Position numbers and translations under genes: made by a program. The notes under the pieces were generated by a model. The model had not been told where the DNA came from. It searched no databases and saw only the letters and a list, made by a program, of their open reading frames with translations. Of a stretch of 64,000 bases of DNA, positions 29,482-37,304 are shown in pieces. Positions within the stretch are counted from its first letter, which is position 1. Each line of letters starts with the position of its first letter. The stretch lies in contig OZ241863.1 in the NCBI GenBank assembly GCA_965203055.1, positions 2,944,001 to 3,008,000 on the forward strand, written 5' to 3'. Source of the DNA: Spirochaetia bacterium (lineage in GTDB: Bacteria; Spirochaetota; Spirochaetia; SZUA-6; Bin103).

Positions 29482-30958
29482 GGGCTCGTTCCAGGCGGCG
29501 CGGGTTCGGCATCAGGCAAGCCTGGGCTTGGCCGAGCCGACTACCCGCCAGCGGGGACGAGGCTCCTAATCGTCATCGACGATGGTGACGGTCGCGGTAC
29601 ACCGCGACGGCAAACCGCACGTCAGGGGCGCCGGCGGCGAGATCGTCACCGTGAACGTCTCGTCCGGCTCATCGTCAAGGTCCCCCATCACTCCGATATA
29701 GATACTCACGGTCTGCGAAGTGGAGCCGGCCGGGAATAGCAGATACCCGTTGGTAAAGTCAGCCGCTTCGGGATGGTCGGGAGTGATAGCAGCACCTGCG
29801 TAATCATCACCCGACGTCGCCGTGCCGTCCGACAACCGATATGTCAAGCGCGCCGCCCGCGCCCGGGGGGTGGCCGAACTCAACCGCACCGGGAGCCTGT
29901 ACCCGGTTGGATACGGCAGCCATCTGGGCGTATACCCGGTCGTGATCAACCGGCCGCGGTTGCCTTCGGTAACGCTTTGATCGGCGATCGATATGGTGAT
30001 CGCCGCGTCGCCACCGCCCGCCGGCGGCGTTACCGGCGGCGGGTCACCACCGCCCGGCGGCGGCTGCGTGCCGGGATCGTCGGTCGTGGTGAACGACCAC
30101 ACGGTACCCTTGGTGGTGCCGTGCTCGTTCTTCGCGTCGACCCGCCAGTAGTAGGTCGTGGCGCTCGCCAGCCTCCGGTCGGCTGCGGTCGTGCCCGGCC
30201 TCCGTATGGTCCAGGCGGTGTAACGAGTGCGGACCGGCGTACCCAGGGCAGCGTCCGCGCCGAGGCTCCTCCCGGTCCCCCAGTAGAGGTCGTAGCTGGC
30301 CGTCCGCGCGCCCGCGGTCCAGTGCAGCTCCGGCGCGTCGACCGTCACCCCGGTCGCCCCGTCGCGGGGATTCGGGTTGCCGGCCGCTTCCGGCGCCTGC
30401 GACGGAGCCTCCAGCCACGGTCGGGCGCCGGGAATGGTCGGCGGCACGTCGTCCGGCAGGTCATCGACGTCGAAGCCGTCCGGCAAGTCGGATACTTCCG
30501 CAATGCACGCGTCGTTGGTATCGACCACGCAGGAGGTGCCGTCGGCGCGGCGGCTGATGATGTACAGGCGAGTGCCGGCGGGATAGCGAATCACGATCAG
30601 GGAGTACTCGGACTGATGAGATGACGCCGCACGCCCGGCCGGGTCGAACGCGCCGGCTACGGACCGGTTCGCCGGCGCCGCGCACGTGGCCGGCGCCGTG
30701 GCCCCGCCCAGGTGCAACGTGTCGGATACGATCGCGCCGTGGATTCCGGCGCCGCGGTCAAGCAGACGGATCGCCGAGTCCGCGCACGTGATCGCCGCTG
30801 CCGGTTCGGCCGCCGGCGGACTCGCAGGTTGGGCAGGATCGGGCTGCGTTGCGACCGGACGCGACGCCTGCTGGCAACCTGCCAACGTGAGCAGCAGTAT
30901 GCCGCCTACCGCCGATCCGACAGAGTACCGCATCACCTGGACCATCAGACTTCAACCT
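29482..30958 (-). repeat. Right arm of the ~1.45-kb imperfect inverted repeat
   Basis: Reverse-complement match to 19803-21262. Confidence 0.85.
29566..30945 (-). CDS. Lipoprotein with FN3-like and Calx-beta domain, copy B
   Basis: Nearly identical to 19817..21160 up to EGNRGRL, then a divergent Calx-beta. Upstream TTGACG-N17-TAAGGT. Confidence 0.8.
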   Translation of the reverse strand: MVQVMRYSVGSAVGGILLLTLAGCQQASRPVATQPDPAQPASPPAAEPAAAITCADSAIRLLDRGAGIHGAIVSDTLHLGGATAPATCAAPANRSVAGAFDPAGRAASSHQSEYSLIVIRYPAGTRLYIISRRADGTSCVVDTNDACIAEVSDLPDGFDVDDLPDDVPPTIPGARPWLEAPSQAPEAAGNPNPRDGATGVTVDAPELHWTAGARTASYDLYWGTGRSLGADAALGTPVRTRYTAWTIRRPGTTAADRRLASATTYYWRVDAKNEHGTTKGTVWSFTTTDDPGTQPPPGGGDPPPVTPPAGGGDAAITISIADQSVTEGNRGRLITTGYTPRWLPYPTGYRLPVRLSSATPRARAARLTYRLSDGTATSGDDYAGAAITPDHPEAADFTNGYLLFPAGSTSQTVSIYIGVMGDLDDEPDETFTVTISPPAPLTCGLPSRCTATVTIVDDD

Positions 30959-31133
30959 GAACTGTTCTCCGACCTTACGGCGAAGGGCGCCCGGCGTCAA
31001 CCTCCATGGGCGGGCGGACGGACGCCACTCTCCCCGACGCCATGAAGCGGGACGGCACGCGGCGTGCGGCTCGCCGGGTGGCGGGCGGCGTTGCATTTGA
31101 ACAGACTGCGCCCGGCTTGCTATCGTGGCGCGG

Positions 31134-32141
31134 ATGAGATCAGAGCCGCCGCAAGCGGTACGAAACTGCTCGCTCCTGTCGGTGGTGGTCGCCTGCTTCG
31201 ACGAGGAGGCGGTCATCTCCGAGACCCACCGCCGGCTGGTGGCCGCCCTGGAGCGCATACCGGAGACCGGATTCGAAATCATCTACGTCGACGACGGCAG
31301 CCGGGACGGCACCCTGGAGCTGTTGCGGGGACTGCAGGCGGCCGACGCGCGCGTGCGGGTGGTCGCTCTTGCCCGGAACTTCGGCCAACCGATGGCGCTT
31401 ACCGCCGGCGTGGCCGAAGCCGGCGGCGAGGCGGTGGCGGTGATCGACGCCGACCTGCAAGACCCGCCCGAGATCATCGCCGAGATGCTGGAGCGCTGGC
31501 GGCGGGGCGTCGACGTCGCCTACGGCCTGCGGCCCGACCGCGAAGGCGAGACCGCCTTCAAGCGCTGGACCTCCAGGGCGTACTACCGGCTCCTGGCGCG
31601 CATTACGGACGTCGCCATCCCGCTCGACACCGGCGAATTCCGGCTGATGGACCGCGCGGTCGTCGACGCCTTCCTGGCGATGCCGGAGCGCGACCGGTTC
31701 ATGCGCGGCATGATCGCCTGGGCCGGCTTCCGGCAGGAGCCGGTGCGCTACCGCCGGGCGCCGCGCGCCGCCGGGACGACCAAGTATTCGCTCAGGAAGA
31801 TGGTCGGCGTGGCCGCGGACGGCATCCTGTCGTTCTCCCTGCTTCCGTTGCGGGCGGCGACGTGGCTGGGCGCCGGCGCTGCCGGGCTGGCTCTGGCCGG
31901 CATCGTCTACGCGCTGGGCGCGCGGCTGGCCACCGGCGCCTGGGTCGGGGGCTGGGCGGCGACGTTCCTCGCCGTGCTGTTCCTGGGCGGCGCGCAACTC
32001 GTGCTGATCGGGGTCCTGGGGGAGTACCTGGGACGCGTGTACGGGGAAGTGAAGCGGCGCCCGCTCTATCTGGTCAGGGAACGACTGGGATTTCCGGCTG
32101 CCCGCGCCGCGCCGCGCCGCGCGCCGGAGGGCGGCGCGTAG
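31134..32141 (+). CDS. GT2 polyprenol-phosphate glycosyltransferase (GtrB/ArnC/YkcC-like)
   Basis: VDDGSRD, RNFG, IDADLQDPPE, DTGEFRLMDR, two C-terminal TMs, GEYLGR..EVKRRPLY. TTGAAC-N18-TATCGT favours ATG 31134 over GTG 31125. Confidence 0.9.
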   Translation: MRSEPPQAVRNCSLLSVVVACFDEEAVISETHRRLVAALERIPETGFEIIYVDDGSRDGTLELLRGLQAADARVRVVALARNFGQPMALTAGVAEAGGEAVAVIDADLQDPPEIIAEMLERWRRGVDVAYGLRPDREGETAFKRWTSRAYYRLLARITDVAIPLDTGEFRLMDRAVVDAFLAMPERDRFMRGMIAWAGFRQEPVRYRRAPRAAGTTKYSLRKMVGVAADGILSFSLLPLRAATWLGAGAAGLALAGIVYALGARLATGAWVGGWAATFLAVLFLGGAQLVLIGVLGEYLGRVYGEVKRRPLYLVRERLGFPAARAAPRRAPEGGA

Positions 32142-32190
32142 TCTGCAGCTCCACGCCGGGAGGGCCGGCTTGGCATGTGGCCGCGCCGGG

Positions 32191-33180
32191 TCACGGCCGG
32201 CGCGCGGCGTTGCCTGATACCCGGTCGAGGAGCTCGGCTCCGGTCTCGCACTCGATGATCCAGACGCCGGCCTGCGCCAAGCGGTCCGGGTCGGCGGTCC
32301 GCTCCAGGAGCACTGCCAGCCGATGCGCGGTGACGTCGTCGAACTTTCGCGCCGCCTGCCGGCACAGCAGCGCGCGTTCCGCGGCCCGGCCTCCGTGCGC
32401 CACGCCGCGCTCGAAGACCAGGCGCCGTTGCGACCGCAGCAGCGGATCGTGATCCGGCCCGGTTCCCTCCCGCTCGCCAAGCACCGTTCCCACCCGCTCC
32501 AGCACCGCGCTGGTCTGCGCCGACAGCATCGGTTCGTTCAACGCCGCGTGGATCTCCTCCGCCGTCCATCCCGGAAACGCGCGGCTCTCCGGCGCCGTCC
32601 GGTACGCGCCGTCTTCCAGCACGTGGATCGTCAGCCCCGGCCGCCGGCTCCGCGGGCGGCTCGGCGCGCTCTCGTCCGGCACCTCCACCCATACCTCCGG
32701 GAAGCCCCACGACTCATACAGCGCCAGCTTGCCGCGCCGCACGTCGGTGGTGTGGTCCACTTCCAGCACCACGTCGGGATAGTCATCCACGCCGATCACC
32801 ATCGCCGACGGCCCCGGCAGGCGGGCGCTGCCGGGATGCAGGTATACCGACTCGTCGGCCTGCATGATGCTGCGCGGCCCGTCGTGCTGCCGCAGGTCCA
32901 TCGAGCCGTAGCTTTCGATGGGCGCGCCGCGCAGCTGCGCGATCCGCTCGGTGAGCCGGGTCAGGCGGCCGGAGGGCCGTTCGTGGTAGGGGCTGGCCGG
33001 TTCGCAGATCCAGGCGGTCTCGGTAGCGCCGTCCCAGTACTCCAACCGCTGGTCGCTGTGTTCGAGCTCGTCTGCCGGCAGGTGGACCGGCGTGCAGCCG
33101 GGGAACTCGGGCGCCGGCGGCGCGGCCTCGGTGTCGGAGCGCGGCCCGACGGCAGTCTTGGAAGTCTTGGTGATTGCCAT
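32191..33180 (-). CDS. Uma2/DUF820-type putative endonuclease, copy 2
   Basis: Near-identical to 16973..17953. Confidence 0.8.
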   Translation of the reverse strand: MAITKTSKTAVGPRSDTEAAPPAPEFPGCTPVHLPADELEHSDQRLEYWDGATETAWICEPASPYHERPSGRLTRLTERIAQLRGAPIESYGSMDLRQHDGPRSIMQADESVYLHPGSARLPGPSAMVIGVDDYPDVVLEVDHTTDVRRGKLALYESWGFPEVWVEVPDESAPSRPRSRRPGLTIHVLEDGAYRTAPESRAFPGWTAEEIHAALNEPMLSAQTSAVLERVGTVLGEREGTGPDHDPLLRSQRRLVFERGVAHGGRAAERALLCRQAARKFDDVTAHRLAVLLERTADPDRLAQAGVWIIECETGAELLDRVSGNAARRP

Positions 33181-33186
33181 GGCGCC

Positions 33187-33215
33187 ACCGTACGCGGGCC
33201 GCTCCGGTCGCGCAA
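33187..33215 (-). promoter_or_regulatory. Putative leaderless promoter of Uma2 copy 2
   Basis: TTGCGC-N17-TACGGT-N6-ATG. Homologous copies precede ATG 17953 and ATG 19634. Confidence 0.55.
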
Positions 33216-33349
33216 CCCGCGCCCCGCAGTCCGTCTCGGCGCCGCCCCGGCAGGAAGTACCACGACTGCCGCGCAGGCGCCGCCGGGCAGCACATCGTAC
33301 TCCGGAGTCGACCACGCCGGTGCTGGGGTGGGGCGTCAGGGGTGGGGCG

Positions 33350-34897
33350 TCAGGCGCGGGCCACTTCGAAGGCGGCGATGGTGCGCGTCTCGCGGCTGAA
33401 CTCCACGCCAAGCAGGTGGATCGGTTCGCCCAGGCCGCGGTACTTGTCGGCGTAGCCGCGCGCCTGCAACTGCGCCAGCGCGGCGCCCTCCGGCGCCAGC
33501 TCCACCACCTTGAACTCGAACAGATTGACGTTGCCCCGGTACCGGACCGCCAGATCGACCCGCCCGCGGCTGCTCGAATCCTCCACCGTGACGTCCAGCC
33601 CCACCGCCGCGAACCAGGAGTAGCAGACGCTCGCGTAGTAGCCTTCGTAGCGCGCGATGTCGTTGCGCGTGTGCCACTCGTACGGGATGCCGGCGAAGAA
33701 CGCCCGGAACAGCCGCTCCAACCCGGCGAAGTCGTTCGCCGCCAACAGCCGCTCCAGTGCCGTGTCCTGTGTCAGCCGGCGCGCCGCGGCGGGCGCCAGC
33801 GCCCGCAGCAGGCGTTCGTTCAGAGCGAGCCGCACTTCGCGGTTGGGATAGCCGAGCCGGTAGCGCGGTCCGCGCGCCGAGTGCTCGACGCTGCGGATGG
33901 TGAGGTAGCCGGTCTGGAACAGCAGCGCCTCGGGCTCCATCTCGTCCACGTCGAACGCGGACAGCAGGTCGGCGCCGGCCAGCATCCCGTCCAGCTCCGG
34001 CGAGGTGACGCCGCGCTCGATCAGCGCGTCGATCAGAAACGACGGCGTACCGGTCTCGAACCAGTACGCCGCGAACGTCCGCTCGTCGAACAGCAGCAGG
34101 ATGTCGAACGGGTTGTAGACCCGCTCCTCGCCCAGCCAGTTATAGCCGTTGTACCAGTCGCGGATCTCGTCCCGGTCCAGACCCGGCAACTCCGCCGCGA
34201 ACACCGTGTCGAGGTCGGCCTCGGTATAGCCGCAGATCGCCGAGTAGCGTGGCGACAGCGTGATGTCCTTGAGGTTGTTGAGGCCGGAAAAGACGCTGAC
34301 CTTGGAGAACTTGCTCACGCCGGTCAGCAGCGTGAAGCGGATGTGAGCGTCGGCGAACTTCACGTTCGAGTAGAGGCTGCGCAGCAGGCGGCGGTTGGCG
34401 GCCGCGATCGCCGGCATCCCCAGTGCGTCCAGGATCGGCTTGTCGTACTCGTCGATCAGCACTGCCACCCGCCTGCCGGCGCTCCGGTGCAAGCCCTCGA
34501 GCAGGCGCCGGAAGCGGATCGGCGCGGAAGCGCTGCGCGCGCTCGCGCCGGCGGCCGTTTCGAGCGCCGTCAACTGATCGGCCAAGTCCTCTTGCAGACC
34601 GTCCGGCGCCGCGTAGTCGCCGCCGCCGAAGTCGAGGCGCACCACCGGGCGGCGTTTCGACCACTCCCAGTGGTCGTGCACGTGCAGGCCGCGGAACAGT
34701 TCCTCGCTGCCCTCGAACAGTTCCTTGATGGTGTCCAGCAGCAGGCTCTTGCCGAAGCGGCGCGGGCGCGACAGGAAGTAGTGCTTTCCCTTCCGCGTCA
34801 AGCGGAGGATGAAGGCGGTCTTGTCGACGTAGTAGCAGTCGTCCTCGCGGATCTCGCGGAAGGTCTGGATGCCGATCGGCAGCTTCCGGCGCGTCAT
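33350..34897 (-). CDS. AAA-ATPase/PD-(D/E)XK copy 4
   Basis: Full-length 515 aa with all motifs. Confidence 0.9.
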   Translation of the reverse strand: MTRRKLPIGIQTFREIREDDCYYVDKTAFILRLTRKGKHYFLSRPRRFGKSLLLDTIKELFEGSEELFRGLHVHDHWEWSKRRPVVRLDFGGGDYAAPDGLQEDLADQLTALETAAGASARSASAPIRFRRLLEGLHRSAGRRVAVLIDEYDKPILDALGMPAIAAANRRLLRSLYSNVKFADAHIRFTLLTGVSKFSKVSVFSGLNNLKDITLSPRYSAICGYTEADLDTVFAAELPGLDRDEIRDWYNGYNWLGEERVYNPFDILLLFDERTFAAYWFETGTPSFLIDALIERGVTSPELDGMLAGADLLSAFDVDEMEPEALLFQTGYLTIRSVEHSARGPRYRLGYPNREVRLALNERLLRALAPAAARRLTQDTALERLLAANDFAGLERLFRAFFAGIPYEWHTRNDIARYEGYYASVCYSWFAAVGLDVTVEDSSSRGRVDLAVRYRGNVNLFEFKVVELAPEGAALAQLQARGYADKYRGLGEPIHLLGVEFSRETRTIAAFEVARA

Positions 34898-34932
34898 GGC
34901 GCGTCTCGATGCGGCGCGGTCACGGTCCGGCC

Positions 34933-34962
34933 ATGATAGCCGGAACGGTACGCGGCCATCAT
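34933..34962. repeat. Intergenic palindrome copy (one mismatch)
   Basis: atgatagccg...cggccatcat between GT4 and AAA copy 4. Confidence 0.85.
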
Positions 34963-34979
34963 CCGCTCATCCGCCGGCC

Positions 34980-37115
34980 TTACGGCTCTCCCGCGCTGCG
35001 GCGGGGCGCTGCAATCTCCGCGCTCCAGAGTTGTCCTTCGCCCCTGATGAACTGCCCGGTACGGATGCGCGTGAACTGGTAGTCGGGCAGGACCACGACC
35101 GCCGCGCAGGCGCCGCCGCGGCGCGCGCCGCCCTCCCAGAGATAGAAGTCCAGGTTGTCGAACCCCTGCTCCCGCTGGAAGGCGGGCAGGTCGGCGGCGT
35201 CCGCCGGGAAGAGGTGCAGGAAGAACCGCTCCGCATCCAGGTCGTCCACCGTGCAGGCATCCTTGACGTAGGTCAGGGTGTCGCCGTCGAGATACAGGTC
35301 GAAGTCCGATTCCGCGACCGGTTCCCGCGACCGTGCGGAGCGGTACGCTTCCCGGAAGTCCGCAACGGTCGCGGCGTCGAGCTGCGCCGGGTCGAGGGCC
35401 GCCACCGTGAGGATGGTGTTGTGGTAGATGCGGCGCGCATGGACCACGGACGAGAACGGGAAGCTGCGGCGATGGTTGGCGCGCGCATGATTGGCGATGA
35501 CGTAGTGCCGCTCCGACGCGTCATCCACGCGGTTGGTGAAGACGATTCGGCGCCGCTCGGCCGCGGGAAGCAGCCGCGCGGTGCGGGTGGCCAGGGTCAC
35601 CGGCAGGCGCGCGGCCTGCCGTTCGGCGCCGGCGGGATTGCCGCTCCCGCGGTTTGCCAGGACGACGTGGACGGTGCCCTGCGGATGGCGCCGGAGCAGA
35701 TATTCCAGCCCTTCGCGGTACGCCGGTCCGTAGTAGTCGAGGTCGTACCGGGTGCGCAGGTATTCCGGGGTACGGCGGTCGACCAGGAAGTTGAAGTACC
35801 GCATCTGATACGGGTGGATCAGCGCCATCTCGACCGCCGCCGCGGCCACGCCCGCCGCGGCCAGCGCGTAGATGGCGCGCCGCAGCCACCGCCGCCGGCC
35901 CGCCGCGGCCAGCAGCCGGCGCAGGCCGTAGACCGCCAGCAGGCAGAGCGGCGCGGCCAGGAAGTACATGTGCCGCCAGCCGTGGTTGAGGGTGGAGTTC
36001 ACTACGATGACGGCCGCGATCGACAGCGCCGGACAGGCGACCAGCAGCACCCCGAAGCGCGTGACGGGGGTGTTGCGAAGGACCTCGCGCGGGCGCGTCA
36101 GACCGCGTCCGAGCACGGCGCCGATCCCGGCCAGGCTCAGCAGCAGCGCCGCCGGCGGGGTGGTGATCGCCATCCAGGTCGGCAGGTAGTGCGGCGGAAT
36201 CTCCGGCCAGCGCACCAGCTCGCCCTGAAACAGCGTCGCGCCGCGCACCGGATGTTGCGCCAGCGTGACGACGGCGTCGATCAGCTCCGGCGGGTTGCGC
36301 CAGAGATGGGGCGAGACCGCGTACAGGCTCGCCGCCGCAGCCAGCAGGAACGCCCCGGCGGTCGCCAGCACCCGCCGCCGCTCCGCCGGCCCGCTTGCCT
36401 GGATCAGGTCGAGCGCCCGCAGCGCCGGCACCGCGGCGCACAGCAAGAGGCCCATGACGCGCAGGTTGACCAGCACGCCCACGCCCAGCCCGCAGAGCGC
36501 GAACGCGCCGGCGGTGTCGCGGCGGAAGGCGCGCTGCGTCAGGTAGAGCGCGATCATGAACATCGCCAGGAAGGGGATGTCCTTGGTGTTGAAGAAGGAG
36601 TGGGCGTACAGGCGGGGCTGCAGCAGGAACAGCAGCAGGGCGAACAGCGCCAAGCGGCGGTCGCGGAACAGGCGATAGGTCAGCAGCCAACAGAAGAAGC
36701 CGCCGGTGAGGAAGAACAGGTGGGTCAGCAGGTGGCGGCTGAGGTAGACGGCGCGGCTGTCGGTGAGGCCGAGCAGCCGTTCGACCAGGATCAGCGGCGC
36801 TTCGAACGCGACTCCGTAGTACCGGTTGTGGTCGGCCGGCAGGGCGCCGGCGTCGCCCAGCGCGTAGGCGATCGCCGCCAAGCCGATGTTGCGTTGCCAA
36901 ACCTCGTCCCATCCTAAGCCGTAGTCGTCGAGGACGGCGGCGCCCACTGCCGCGAACGCGATGAGCGCAATGATCGCGTCCCGCCCGGGCAGCCGCCGAG
37001 GCGTATCCTGCGGCGGTTGCGGCGGTCGGCGGTTCAGTGCGATGGCAGGCCCCCTGCTTCGACCACGCCGGCGCTGTGGCGGGGCGTCAGGCGCGGGCCA
37101 CCTCGAAGGTGGCAA
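34980..37115 (-). CDS. GT-C type membrane glycosyltransferase paralog GT4 (single C-terminal domain)
   Basis: Same core as GT1 with only one two-Cys domain. True start uncertain; homology begins near 37060. Confidence 0.7.
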   Translation of the reverse strand: MPPSRWPAPDAPPQRRRGRSRGPAIALNRRPPQPPQDTPRRLPGRDAIIALIAFAAVGAAVLDDYGLGWDEVWQRNIGLAAIAYALGDAGALPADHNRYYGVAFEAPLILVERLLGLTDSRAVYLSRHLLTHLFFLTGGFFCWLLTYRLFRDRRLALFALLLFLLQPRLYAHSFFNTKDIPFLAMFMIALYLTQRAFRRDTAGAFALCGLGVGVLVNLRVMGLLLCAAVPALRALDLIQASGPAERRRVLATAGAFLLAAAASLYAVSPHLWRNPPELIDAVVTLAQHPVRGATLFQGELVRWPEIPPHYLPTWMAITTPPAALLLSLAGIGAVLGRGLTRPREVLRNTPVTRFGVLLVACPALSIAAVIVVNSTLNHGWRHMYFLAAPLCLLAVYGLRRLLAAAGRRRWLRRAIYALAAAGVAAAAVEMALIHPYQMRYFNFLVDRRTPEYLRTRYDLDYYGPAYREGLEYLLRRHPQGTVHVVLANRGSGNPAGAERQAARLPVTLATRTARLLPAAERRRIVFTNRVDDASERHYVIANHARANHRRSFPFSSVVHARRIYHNTILTVAALDPAQLDAATVADFREAYRSARSREPVAESDFDLYLDGDTLTYVKDACTVDDLDAERFFLHLFPADAADLPAFQREQGFDNLDFYLWEGGARRGGACAAVVVLPDYQFTRIRTGQFIRGEGQLWSAEIAAPRRSAGEP

Positions 37116-37258
37116 GGGCGCGTCTCGCGGCTGAGCGCCCGCAGCAGTTCGTTCAGAGCGAGCCGCACCTCGCGGTTGGGATAGCCGAGCCGGTAGAGCG
37201 CCTCGCCGTCGTCATCTTCGACGATGATGCGGTCGTCGCTCGCCACCGCGTGCTTCAT
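37087..37258 (-). pseudogene. Chimeric scar: pyrF 5' end fused to AAA-nuclease fragments
   Basis: MKHAVASDDRIIV (pyrF start) + EDDDGEALYRLGYPNREVRLALNELLRAL + SRE.. and the AAA 3' terminus. Confidence 0.9.
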
Positions 37259-37304
37259 GCCTGCAGTGTATCCTGCCCGATGGCGACAAGGAAGCAGGCT
37301 TCCG

